NCBI GenBank assembly: GCA_041577295.1
Contig: JBFGJG010000008.1
Span: forward strand, 32,001 to 96,000
Length of the DNA stretch: 64,000 bases
Direction: 5' to 3'
From: Gemmatimonadales bacterium
GTDB taxonomy: Bacteria > Gemmatimonadota > Gemmatimonadetes > Gemmatimonadales > GWC2-71-9
A program made the position numbers and the translations under genes. How positions within the stretch are numbered: position 1 is the first letter of the stretch; every line of letters begins with the position of its first letter. Positions 42,702 to 52,433 of this stretch are shown here, one piece after another. The notes beneath the pieces were generated by a model. That model worked only from the letters and a program-made list of their open reading frames with translations, had not been told where the DNA came from and searched no databases.

Positions 42702-45347
42702 TCACCGATTCGCCTGATGCACCGTCCGTTTCATCTGCGCGACCCAGTTCGGGATGACGCGCAGGTACGTAACGGGCTTCCGTTCGGGTGCTTGCATATA
42801 CACGAGACCACCGCCCGGTGTGAGCATATACGACTGGCCGGGGGTGTCGACGAAGCGCTGATCGGTGTGCCACAGCGCGGGCTGCCCGGCCGGGTTTCCG
42901 GCCGCCGCGTTCACACGCACCCGATACCAGTCGGTACAGCACTCCCAGTACACCAACTCGTTCGCAGACAGCCACTGAGGCTCTCCAAATACTCCTTCAG
43001 ACGAGGCGACGAGGAATCGCTGGTCCGTTCGCGCGTAAGGTGACAGGAAGATCTGTTGGAGACCGCCGGGCTGGTGGGCGAGCCAGCGGCCGTCGGGAGA
43101 TACCGCTCCGAACACGCTGTTGACAGCAATCGTGTCGAGCGTCGGCGGATTGGCCGTCAGATTAGCCACGATCGTATGCACCGGCTGACCCCACAAGTAC
43201 CCGACCACCTGACTGTCGGCGCGATAGGTGAGGAAGTCCGGTCCGAACTGCTGGCCCGCCGTGGGACGGAAGAGAGTATCGAGACGCGTCCCTTCCGGCG
43301 ACCCCATCACCGTAACCCACTCCACGTAGCCGTATTGGCCTACCGTCACCAGCAATCGGTCGCCGTCGGGTGTCCACAGTGGTTCGCTTACCCACGGGTT
43401 CCGCAACCATACACGGCTCCGACCGGAGACGAGATCGTAAACCCGTAGTTCCTGTTCGCGCACTCCCTCCACAACCGCGGCAAGCCGGCGTCCGTCGCGT
43501 GAGTTGTCGAACCGAAGGAAATAGGCAGGCTCGATCGGAAGCGGAGTGACCTCACCGGCGACGGCTCGAACCAGGCGCCCGACGGACGCATTGGGGCCCT
43601 CCGCATACACGAGCGTCCCGCTGGCCGCGACGTCGTACTGGCCGGCCCCGGTGTAGGCCTCCCGGCGAATGCCCGTAACCAGTGTGACCGAGCGACCGAT
43701 CGCGTAGGTCTCTGGGTCGAAAGTGGCGCCGCGCAAGTCTCCACCCACTGACATGTAGATGAGGTATCGGTCGTCGATCAGTCGAAACTGCGCACCCCGC
43801 AGCACGTCGGCCCTACCGGGATCCCCGGACTGGGCCAGGACGGCATAGTGTTGAGAGCTACGCCGGAGGTCCACTACCGAGGGGAACTGATCGCCCCCGC
43901 CGCCACATAGGACTCGATCGGGGTCCGGCAGGGGTTGTGGAAGAATGCAGTAAGCGACTTCGTAGGTGCGCGCGTTTTCCCCATCCGTACCGACGGAGTG
44001 AAGCCGGGTCCCGTCGCCGTCACTCAGGAGCAGCCTAGTTCCCGACGTCCACTGAATGCCGGTGGGATTGTTGACTTGCTGGAGCGTGACCACTGCTCCG
44101 CCGGCAATCGGGGCCACCTTGGCAAAGCCGTCACCGGTAACGAACGCGACGCGATCCCCGCTCGGCGAGATGGCCGGCATCCACGCGTGGGCGGTTCCTG
44201 GGAGGGAACGGGCTTCCTGCGTCACCAGGCTCCGGTACCACAACTCCTTCACCGTATCACGACGCGCCACATACACGACGTAGTCGCCAGCCGGCGAGAT
44301 GGCGAGATTCGTGAGGAGGTCTGGGATCATTTGCGCACTATCCGATAGGCCAACGTCATACGTGTGCGACGCCGTGCCCGTAGGTCGGGCGAGCGCCCAG
44401 ATCGCCAGGCCAAGAATGGCTACGCAGATCGCGGCGAGCCCGCTAGACAGTGGATTCCACATCGTGGTGCGTGTAACTCTGCTTGCCGCTCCGGTCGATA
44501 CACCAGCGGCGAATGACGGGTCTCCGAGAGCAGCGGCGAACGCTTGTGCGCTCACAAACCGATCCGCCGGCAACTTCTCCAGCGCCACCGCCACCGCCGC
44601 CGCCACGTTTCGCGGGACGGACTTGCGGGACTTCGTGACCGGTTGCGCCTCTTCCGTCACGATCTTCATGATGATCTGCTGCGCCGTCCCACCGATGTGC
44701 GGCGGGTTTCCCGTCAACATCTCGTACAGCACGGCCCCGAGCGAATAGACATCCGACCGCCCTGTGATGCCCTTCTCCGCCGTTGCCTGCTCGGGACTCA
44801 TATAGTGTGGGGTCCCCAGCGAGAGTCCCGTCTCCGTCATCCGCCCACCTGCTGCCGCGCTCACGGCGAGCGCAATCCCGAAGTCCGCCACCATCGGCCG
44901 CCCGTCATGCAACAGAATGTTCTCCGGCTTGATGTCGCGATGGATCACGTTCTGGCGGTGGGCGTAGTCGAGGGCGTCGGCCACCTCGGTGGTGATTCTG
45001 ATGGCCTCATCGATACCGAGTTGCGTCTCCCGATCGAGCTTGTCGCGCAGGGTCTCGCCCTCGATATAAGGCATCACGTAATACAGGAACCCGTGAACCT
45101 CTCCTGAATCGAACAGCGGCAGGATGTGGGGATGCTGGAGGTTTGCGGTGGTCTTGATTTCCTGGACAAACCGCTCGGCGCCCAGGACGGCTGCAAGCTC
45201 GGGCTTGAGGACTTTGAGAGCGACCTTGCGCTCGTGCTTGAGGTCCTGCGCCAGGTAGACGGTGGCCATCCCACCCGCGCCAAGCTCGCGCTCGATGGCG
45301 TAGCGGTCCGCGAGGGCCGCGGTGAGACGATCGAGTTGGCCCGTCAT
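42702..45347 (-). CDS. Ser/Thr kinase-TM-PD40 beta-propeller
   Basis: Hanks motifs; TM; ISPSGD/VSPDGRWLA repeats. Confidence 0.92.
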   Translation of the reverse strand: MTGQLDRLTAALADRYAIERELGAGGMATVYLAQDLKHERKVALKVLKPELAAVLGAERFVQEIKTTANLQHPHILPLFDSGEVHGFLYYVMPYIEGETLRDKLDRETQLGIDEAIRITTEVADALDYAHRQNVIHRDIKPENILLHDGRPMVADFGIALAVSAAAGGRMTETGLSLGTPHYMSPEQATAEKGITGRSDVYSLGAVLYEMLTGNPPHIGGTAQQIIMKIVTEEAQPVTKSRKSVPRNVAAAVAVALEKLPADRFVSAQAFAAALGDPSFAAGVSTGAASRVTRTTMWNPLSSGLAAICVAILGLAIWALARPTGTASHTYDVGLSDSAQMIPDLLTNLAISPAGDYVVYVARRDTVKELWYRSLVTQEARSLPGTAHAWMPAISPSGDRVAFVTGDGFAKVAPIAGGAVVTLQQVNNPTGIQWTSGTRLLLSDGDGTRLHSVGTDGENARTYEVAYCILPQPLPDPDRVLCGGGGDQFPSVVDLRRSSQHYAVLAQSGDPGRADVLRGAQFRLIDDRYLIYMSVGGDLRGATFDPETYAIGRSVTLVTGIRREAYTGAGQYDVAASGTLVYAEGPNASVGRLVRAVAGEVTPLPIEPAYFLRFDNSRDGRRLAAVVEGVREQELRVYDLVSGRSRVWLRNPWVSEPLWTPDGDRLLVTVGQYGYVEWVTVMGSPEGTRLDTLFRPTAGQQFGPDFLTYRADSQVVGYLWGQPVHTIVANLTANPPTLDTIAVNSVFGAVSPDGRWLAHQPGGLQQIFLSPYARTDQRFLVASSEGVFGEPQWLSANELVYWECCTDWYRVRVNAAAGNPAGQPALWHTDQRFVDTPGQSYMLTPGGGLVYMQAPERKPVTYLRVIPNWVAQMKRTVHQANR

Positions 45348-45409
45348 GCGGACCTAAAATAGGATTCGGGCCTAGGGGCGGCGAGTCGACCGGGCGATTG
45401 GCACGCTCG

Positions 45410-45688
45410 CCGCTTCGATCGACCGTTTGGAAGCTTCAATCGACCAGTTCGAAGCTTCGATTGGCATGCTGAAAGCTTCCAACGGGCGTGTCAAAGCTTC
45501 GAGTGGCCGTCCGAAAGCTTGCATGCCACGGGGCGAAGCTTTGATCCGCCCACCCAAGGCTTCGGAGCGCCTGACTCTAGCTTCGACACGCCGAACGGAA
45601 GCTTGAGGACGGTGACTCGAGGCTTAGGAACGTCTGCGCGAAGCTTGCACACGACCGTTCCACGCTTTGAGGGGGCCACGTGAAGCTT
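45410..45688. repeat. 21-bp-periodic array of 14 (AA)GCTT cores with variable 15-nt spacers
   Basis: GCTT at 45412+21n for n=0..13; nine exact AAGCTT. Confidence 0.9.
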
Positions 45689-45837
45689 CGACAGGACCAT
45701 TTCAAATGAGCTGCGTTGCGACCGTAATTGCCAGTTCCCGAGTCGGTTACGACTGCGGACCTCACCTACATGGTCACATGGGATCGCCTCGCCGAGCAGC
45801 AAACAGGCCGAGTAGAATGCTATTGACAGGTGAACAA

Positions 45838-45860
45838 GGCGGCCTTCAAGGAAGACCGCC
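45838..45860 (-). terminator. Hairpin downstream of the ester cyclase gene
   Basis: GGCGGTCTTC-CTT-GAAGGCCGCC then TTGTT on the minus strand. Confidence 0.45.
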
Positions 45861-45906
45861 TAATAACCAACGGGCACCGGGACGACGTCAGCTAACCTGT
45901 GTTGAC

Positions 45907-46335
45907 CTACTTCCACGCGTGTGCGTGCATTGGGACAGCGTCGAGCTGCTCCATGAGGCTCAGCGTATCCCAGAGGTTCCGCTCTTCGAAGATCTTGCCG
46001 TCCTTGATCTGACCAACGGCCATTCCCCTGACTGTCACACGTTTCCCGGTGGGAGGGACGTCCATCAGTTTTCCTTTGTGTGTACCGGTGAACGTGTAGG
46101 CCGTCAGCACCTTGTCGTCTTCCGCAATCTGGTAGTCGAGCTTGATGTTGAGGTCCGGAAAGGCGGTCAGATACGTGTCAAAAAACTCTCTCAGCTTGGT
46201 CGTGCCCTTCAACTCACCTTCAGGCGTATGAACGACACAGTTCGGCATGTAAAGCTCATTGAAGAGCTTTACGTTCTTCTTGTTCCAAATCTCGTCGATA
46301 ATCCGACGGCTCAGTTGCTTGTTCTTCTCGTACAT
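45907..46335 (-). CDS. SnoaL-like ester cyclase family protein
   Basis: AFPDL, IAEDDKV, FTGTHKG.LMDVPPTGKRV, IKDGKIFE. Confidence 0.92.
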   Translation of the reverse strand: MYEKNKQLSRRIIDEIWNKKNVKLFNELYMPNCVVHTPEGELKGTTKLREFFDTYLTAFPDLNIKLDYQIAEDDKVLTAYTFTGTHKGKLMDVPPTGKRVTVRGMAVGQIKDGKIFEERNLWDTLSLMEQLDAVPMHAHAWK

Positions 46336-46724
46336 CAGGCCCTCACTTTCTCTCGCTGCCGATCGCTACCGGTGCCCGTCGTTCAGTGACGTGAGAATGC
46401 CCTAACACAAGCCGCGTGGGCACTCTTTCGAGGGGATTTCCGTGACAGCGCGTGATGTGGGGCAAGACACGGCTACCGGGTCGAGGCTCGTTCAGCCCGA
46501 CACGCCCGCGCGATCGCGGCAACCACGTCGAATCGTCTTAACTAACAAGCCGAGGGCTGAAACGATGGTGAAAGCGTCGTGAAACTTGGGACGCCTGGTA
46601 GGGCGTCGAGCCGAACTGATTGCCGATCGCTGAGCACCTAATGCAGATTGTTAATTGCTTTATGGAGCGCTCAGCACGATATAGGGCGGGAAGCTCGCGC
46701 CCTATCGTCTCCAGGGGAGATAGG

Positions 46725-48203
46725 ATGATCGAAAAAGCTCGTCGAGCGGTCTTGCTCTCCCTCACTATCACCGCGTGCCAATCCAGCCCCAGCGAGCGCC
46801 AAGCACCCGCGTCCGATACCGGACTACGCCCTAACGTCATCGTCATCGTGGTGGACGATCTCCGCTGGGACGAGTTCGGTGCCGCGGGCCATCCCTACCT
46901 CGAGACCCCCAACATCGACCGGCTCGCTCGGGAAGGAGCGCTGTTTACCAACTCCTTCCACGCGGTCCCGCTCTGTTCGCCCAACCGTGCGAGCATCTTG
47001 ACAGGCCAATACCCGTCGCGGCACGGCATCATCGACAACGTCGCACGCAACCGTGCAAGCCACCGGCTGCAGACGTTCCCCCGAGCGTTGCGCGAGCACG
47101 GCTATGAAACAGCGTTCATCGGCAAATGGCACATGGGGAACGATCCCACACCCCGACCGGGATTCGACTACTGGGTGGGATTGCCCGGCCAGGGCCGGAC
47201 GGTCAACCCGACGCTCTACGAGGACGGCCGGCTGCATGAGGTGACCGGATACGTCACCGATATCTTCACCGACCGCGCTGTTGCCTTCATCGAGCGGCCG
47301 CGGGATGGACCGTTCCTTTTATATCTCGCGCACAAGGCCATCCACCCGGATGCCCGGCAACTGGACGACGGGTCCGTGGATCTCAACTATCCCCGCGGGT
47401 ATATCCCTGCCCCGCGACACCTTGGTATGTACGAGGAGCGGATATTCCCTCGGCGAGCCAACGTGGTCTCATCACCAGATGAGCTGACGGAGAAGCCTGC
47501 CCTCCGCCGCGCGCTCGCGTACCGTGCTTCGGAGGACATCACCCGCGAGTTCGGTGGCATCCTCGATCCCGGCACGAGCGAAGAGACCATCCGCCGGCGC
47601 GCGGAGATGTTGCTCGCCGTCGACGAAGGACTGGGCCGGATCATGGACGCACTCGCTGAGCGCCGCGTGCTGGATTCCACCGCCATCTTACTGACGAGTG
47701 ACAACGGATTTTTCTATGGCGAACACGGGCTGAGCCTGGAAAGGCGCCTGCCCTACGAGGAGTCCATCCGCAATCCGTTGATCATGCGCTACCCACCCCG
47801 TGTGGCGTCCGGAACCCATATCGAAGAGCTCGTGCTCTCGGTTGACATAGCGCCGAGCGTGCTCGAGCTGACCGGAACGCCGGTTGGCAGTCACATCCAA
47901 GGACGGTCGGTGGTCCCGCTGCTCGATGGCGTGCCCAACGATTGGCGGGAATCACTGCTGGTCGAGTTCTACACGTACGAGAATCCCATGCCCTGGTTGA
48001 TGGACATGGATTATCGGGCGGTGCGCACGCAGCGTCACAAGTACATCCACTGGATGCAACATCCCGAGCTCGATGAGCTATACGACCTCGGGGAGGATCC
48101 GTTCGAGCGCCGCAATCTGATCGACGTACCTAGCATGGCCCGCGTGCGGCAGGAACTCCGTGCAGAGCTCGGCCGACTCGTGCTCGAGGTGATGGGACTC
48201 TAG
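46725..48203 (+). CDS. Sulfatase (formylglycine-dependent), probable lipoprotein
   Basis: PNVIVIVVDDLR, CSPNRAS (CxPxR), GKWH, TSDNG; ITAC lipobox. Confidence 0.92.
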   Translation: MIEKARRAVLLSLTITACQSSPSERQAPASDTGLRPNVIVIVVDDLRWDEFGAAGHPYLETPNIDRLAREGALFTNSFHAVPLCSPNRASILTGQYPSRHGIIDNVARNRASHRLQTFPRALREHGYETAFIGKWHMGNDPTPRPGFDYWVGLPGQGRTVNPTLYEDGRLHEVTGYVTDIFTDRAVAFIERPRDGPFLLYLAHKAIHPDARQLDDGSVDLNYPRGYIPAPRHLGMYEERIFPRRANVVSSPDELTEKPALRRALAYRASEDITREFGGILDPGTSEETIRRRAEMLLAVDEGLGRIMDALAERRVLDSTAILLTSDNGFFYGEHGLSLERRLPYEESIRNPLIMRYPPRVASGTHIEELVLSVDIAPSVLELTGTPVGSHIQGRSVVPLLDGVPNDWRESLLVEFYTYENPMPWLMDMDYRAVRTQRHKYIHWMQHPELDELYDLGEDPFERRNLIDVPSMARVRQELRAELGRLVLEVMGL

Positions 48204-48271
48204 GATCGCTGATTGGTGATTGGGCTTGCCGGGCCTCGCTGCTCCCGTAGCTGTCCCTAACCCGCTACCCG

Positions 48272-48299
48272 TTGAATTTCCCCCAGCGCACCATATAAT
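48272..48299 (+). promoter_or_regulatory. Sigma70-like promoter
   Basis: TTGAAT-N16-TATAAT. Confidence 0.55.
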
Positions 48300-48471
48300 C
48301 CAGGCTGTCGCGGGCCCAATGGTGAATGCCAGGGGCTCACGTCGCTCGGCCGCGGTCGGTGCCAGCTCGCCCGCCAAACCGCGCGCCGTCCCCCCGTTCA
48401 AAACCAAAAGCCCCACGCGTACTCGGTCGCAACCGGCCGAGACGGTCCGTTACCATGACCTCGAGGAAAAC

Positions 48472-49131
48472 ATGACGAAGGCGAGCATTGTATTCATCTT
48501 GATCGCCGCCTCATCGACGGCCCTACACGCGCAGACCAGCACGGAGACGCTCCGCACCGTACCGGCCGCAGATCTCGCAAGCTCATATCGGGACCTCGTC
48601 CAGATCCTGGGTCACTTCGCGCTGGTCGAGAGTGGCGGCACACTTCAGCTACCGAACCAGACCATCACCCGCGACAATCTCGAGCAGGTCAAGGCCGAGA
48701 TGGCGGAGCAGCTGGCGGCCATCACGGCCGCGATCAACGAACGCGGCTACGCGAACGTCGCGGGGACCTACACCGCAAAAACCACCTCTGCCTGCAAGAA
48801 GATTCCGTCTGGGTGGGCCCAGGGCATTGCCGGAGGCGCAATCAGCCGGATCACGATCACCCAGACGGGCTTCGAGCTTCAGCTCACGCAGGAGTTCACA
48901 ATTGACGGACAGGCCGGCACGTTTGAGATCCCGGGGGTGATCGTGGATTCGACCCTCGCGTTCGACGATATGATGAACTCCGATTTTGGCCTGATTGGAC
49001 AGGTGAAGCCTGCGACCATCGTCGTGCGCCCCGACGTCGACCAGATCCTGGCCGCATGGCCATCATGGGTGAAGGCGCCGGACCGAAAAGACCTCGCGCG
49101 GTGTGAGGTGAAGATGGAGGGACATAGCTGA
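48472..49131 (+). CDS. Secreted hypothetical protein
   Basis: GAGGA RBS; signal peptide ending ALHAQ. Confidence 0.75.
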   Translation: MTKASIVFILIAASSTALHAQTSTETLRTVPAADLASSYRDLVQILGHFALVESGGTLQLPNQTITRDNLEQVKAEMAEQLAAITAAINERGYANVAGTYTAKTTSACKKIPSGWAQGIAGGAISRITITQTGFELQLTQEFTIDGQAGTFEIPGVIVDSTLAFDDMMNSDFGLIGQVKPATIVVRPDVDQILAAWPSWVKAPDRKDLARCEVKMEGHS

Positions 49132-49316
49132 TTGGGGATTGCTGATTGCGGATTGGATTTGTGAGTAGGGTCACCTGCCTTGCGCGGTCTTGATGCTGCG
49201 TAGGAAGATGGTGTCAGTCCCCTCTTGTGAACGAAATCGTGCCTAACCGTTAGTTCTCCGCGATCACCAAAATGACGGGGAGACGAAGGAAGCCCCATTT
49301 CAACAATCCGCAATCG

Positions 49317-50579
49317 TTAGTTCCGATACACCTCCCCATCCTTCATCACGAAGCTCACCCGCTCGAGCACCGTGATGTCTCGCAGCGGATCACCCGGTAC
49401 CGCGATGATGTCCGCCACGTATCCGGGCGCCACCTTACCGCGATCCTGCACACCCAGGAGGTCGGCTGCGTTCAGCGTTGCGGTGCGAATTGCGTCGAGC
49501 GGCGTCATGCCACGGTCGACGAGGGCAGCAAACTCTTTGGCGTTGAGTCCATGCGGAAAAACAGCTGCGTCGGTACCAAAGCCGATCTTTACGCCGGCCC
49601 GCACGGCCTTCTCCACGCTCGCGATGGCGAGGGGGAGAATGGACTGCGCCTTGGCGCGGATGGGAGGCGGGAGCATATCCAGGTTGACAGCGCCAGCGAG
49701 ATATGTGGTCGGTACGAGATACGTGCCCCGTTCACGCATCAACTGGTTGGCCTCGTCGCTGAGCATTGAGCCATGCTCGATCGACGCTACCCCGGCCTTC
49801 ACCGCCGCGATGATCCCTTCGGTTCCGTGCGCGTGAGCCGCGACGTGCATGCCGTGTCGCCGTGCTTCTTCGACAATCGTCTCAATCTCCTCGAGCGAGA
49901 ACTGCTGTGCGCCAACCGACCCCTCAAACGAGAGCACACCGGCAGTCGCGCAGATCTTGATGAACTGTGCCCCGTGCTTGATCTGATAGCGCGCTGCCTG
50001 CAGGACGCCGCCCACACCGTCTGCAATCCCCTGACGAAAATCGGTTTCACGAACGCCGGGGGCCCACCCGGTGATGTCACAGTGTCCGCCGGTGATGCCC
50101 AGGGCATGCGCTCCAGGAACGATCCGGGGACCGGTCAGGTCGCCGCGATCGATCGCACGCTTGAGGGCGACTCCCGGAAAGCCGCTCATGTCCCGCACCG
50201 TGGTGAACCCGGCCATCAACGTCTTCCGCGCGTTGGCGGCCCCGCGAAGCGCCACGTCGGCCTCCGTCTCCCGCACCACCCGCGTTACCCACCCCTCACT
50301 CAGGTCCCCACCGAGGTGGGTATGCAGATCGGTGAGCCCCGGTAGCAACGTCACATCACTCAGATCAATCACCTGGGCACCACGCGGAACCTGATTCACC
50401 ACGCTCTGAATGCGCCCATCAACCACAACGACCACAGGGTTTGTCATCATACGCCCAGTCTCCACGTCAAGCATCCGCGCTGCGCGGACGGCGGTCTGGG
50501 CGGAAAGAGCGAGCGTGGTAAGGGGGAACGTGGTCAAACTCAGAACCATCAGGGAGGCAACTACAGTTCGTCGTCGCAC
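49317..50579 (-). CDS. Metal-dependent amidohydrolase (Xaa-Pro dipeptidase-like)
   Basis: LPGLTDLHTH, IKICATAGV, VAAHAHG, SIEHG, FGTDAAV. Confidence 0.92.
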   Translation of the reverse strand: MRRRTVVASLMVLSLTTFPLTTLALSAQTAVRAARMLDVETGRMMTNPVVVVVDGRIQSVVNQVPRGAQVIDLSDVTLLPGLTDLHTHLGGDLSEGWVTRVVRETEADVALRGAANARKTLMAGFTTVRDMSGFPGVALKRAIDRGDLTGPRIVPGAHALGITGGHCDITGWAPGVRETDFRQGIADGVGGVLQAARYQIKHGAQFIKICATAGVLSFEGSVGAQQFSLEEIETIVEEARRHGMHVAAHAHGTEGIIAAVKAGVASIEHGSMLSDEANQLMRERGTYLVPTTYLAGAVNLDMLPPPIRAKAQSILPLAIASVEKAVRAGVKIGFGTDAAVFPHGLNAKEFAALVDRGMTPLDAIRTATLNAADLLGVQDRGKVAPGYVADIIAVPGDPLRDITVLERVSFVMKDGEVYRN

Positions 50580-50642
50580 GGTCGGCTCCAGATTGCGGAT
50601 TGTGGATCTATGAGCGGAATGTGTTCAATCAACAATCAACAT

Positions 50643-52292
50643 TCAACAATCAGCTATCCACAATCGGCAATCGGCCGTTCCCAGCATCTCCCATCGCACC
50701 AGGGGAATTGGAATGACACCTGCTGCGGCAAATTCATCGAAGAATCGTTTGATGGTAAACTCGTCCCCGAGCTGGATGGCGCGCTCGGCCATGAGTTCTT
50801 CCAGCAGCACTTTGCCGGTCACATAGCTCGTGCCGTACCCAGGCTGCTGCAGATAAAAATGCTGTTCGCCGATGATGGTGTTGCCATCAGCTGGCAGCCA
50901 ACCGCGTGGTGTCCATTTGGAAGCGAACTCGGCTGCTTCTGCAACGGTCCACTCATTGGCGTGCTGCATGAGGCCGCCGATGGCGCGAGCTGCTCGTTGC
51001 GCTAACAGGATGTAGATCAGCTCACGAGCGCGCGGCTTCTCGTCGAACAGCCCCGCATGCATCATCATCTCTTCCAGGCCGGTCGCGAGCCCCTCGGACC
51101 GGGCGGCGTAGATGTTCGACAGCGAGGGGACCCGGCGAATCGGGCTCGGATGCGGCTCCTCCACCATCCGTGCCAACTCGATCCAGTGATAGCCGTGCGC
51201 GCGCATCGTGACCGGGTCGCGATAGCTGACCTCGGAGAAGAACCCACGTAGCCCCTCCGCTGGCGTAAACTCTCCGATCTTCGCGCGAAGCGCGGGATCC
51301 ATGTAGTCCTTCATCGTCACGATCTCTTCTCGCTCGAGAAATCGCACGAACTCATCCACCGCGGCGTTGAAGATCCGCTCGTACTCCACAGCAGTCTCCA
51401 CGCGCGTGAGCTGTGGGAGCCGGCGGTTGCGGTTCTCTTCGAGCCTGAGGGACGCATGCGCACGCGCGAGCTCGCGATACATGATGGTGAGCTGTTCGTC
51501 CCAGCTGTACGGGACCAACTGAACGTTTTGCAGATACCACGTGTAGTTCTCCTTCCCAACACCGGATCGCTCGGTCTTGGACGGCAGTTCCCGCTCGAGC
51601 CAAAGGCGAAAAACATCGGTCGCTTCCCGCGCGCGCTCAATCGCCGCATCCAGCTCAGCGCTCGTTCCGGCCACCCGATTCGCGAACTCCGCGAGGTCAC
51701 GGCTCTGCCCCGCCATGTTGCGGATCCCACCCCGCCAAAGGTCCGCCCCATTGCCGACTAGGTTTTCCCTCGCCTGATCGAGCACGGCTGGAATGGCTCC
51801 GATGCGTGTGGCCAGTTCGCTGGCATCGCCCGGTGACAGCGGATACTCATAGGTCCACAGATCTATCCAACCGTGGATGACCGGTCCCTCATGCGCGGGA
51901 ACATCGCTCTGTGCGGGAAAGATCATCGTGTAAAAGGCGGGATTGCGCGCCCATGGCTGACGCACGCGGTGATCGAAGTCGAGACCGTGCATCTCGGCGC
52001 GGACCGAATGGTAGTCGATCCGCTGCGACACCGGCCACCCAGCCGTATCGATCGCCGCGAGCCGCCGCTCCCACGCGGGCAACCGCCGATCTTGCTGCGA
52101 CATCGCGTCCGCCGTGTAATCCGGAACCCCGTTGGTGAACTCCGGACGCTCGAACGCGCGCCACTCCTCGAACAGCGCCACCAGATCGTCATAACTGTTG
52201 CTGCTCGGCGGAGTGTCCGAGGTGCAGGCAGCAAGGAGGGAAAGGAGAACGAGAAATGGGAGTGTGTTGCGACCCCAATTGAGTAGTAACAT
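50643..52292 (-). CDS. DUF885 family lipoprotein
   Basis: LLAAC lipobox; RSEGLATGLEE, QPGYGTSYVTGK, FTIKRFFDEF..AGVIPIPLVRWEM. Confidence 0.8.
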   Translation of the reverse strand: MLLLNWGRNTLPFLVLLSLLAACTSDTPPSSNSYDDLVALFEEWRAFERPEFTNGVPDYTADAMSQQDRRLPAWERRLAAIDTAGWPVSQRIDYHSVRAEMHGLDFDHRVRQPWARNPAFYTMIFPAQSDVPAHEGPVIHGWIDLWTYEYPLSPGDASELATRIGAIPAVLDQARENLVGNGADLWRGGIRNMAGQSRDLAEFANRVAGTSAELDAAIERAREATDVFRLWLERELPSKTERSGVGKENYTWYLQNVQLVPYSWDEQLTIMYRELARAHASLRLEENRNRRLPQLTRVETAVEYERIFNAAVDEFVRFLEREEIVTMKDYMDPALRAKIGEFTPAEGLRGFFSEVSYRDPVTMRAHGYHWIELARMVEEPHPSPIRRVPSLSNIYAARSEGLATGLEEMMMHAGLFDEKPRARELIYILLAQRAARAIGGLMQHANEWTVAEAAEFASKWTPRGWLPADGNTIIGEQHFYLQQPGYGTSYVTGKVLLEELMAERAIQLGDEFTIKRFFDEFAAAGVIPIPLVRWEMLGTADCRLWIADC

Positions 52293-52433
52293 AACGATGG
52301 CTCCAACTGGAAAAGCGCCGGATCTCTCAGGAAGGCACTAATCGGCACACGGTGACCAGTGATGTCAAATGATTGCTGACTGGGGTGTGTTGCAATCTTC
52401 AATCTTCACTCTCACGGGACTATATTCTCCCCC

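Noticed and set aside
45410..45688. CRISPR array
   Set aside because: The conserved core is only 4-8 nt, spacers are 15 nt, and there is no cas gene in the window.
45372..45802. ORFs 45372..45557, 45491..45802 and 45577..45765 as real genes
   Set aside because: They show heptad patterns in different frames of the same DNA repeat, lack good starts or RBS, and none spans the array.
46540..46724. Riboswitch upstream of the sulfatase
   Set aside because: Several short hairpins are present, but I recognise no aptamer consensus (for example c-di-GMP or SAM); an Rfam scan would settle it.
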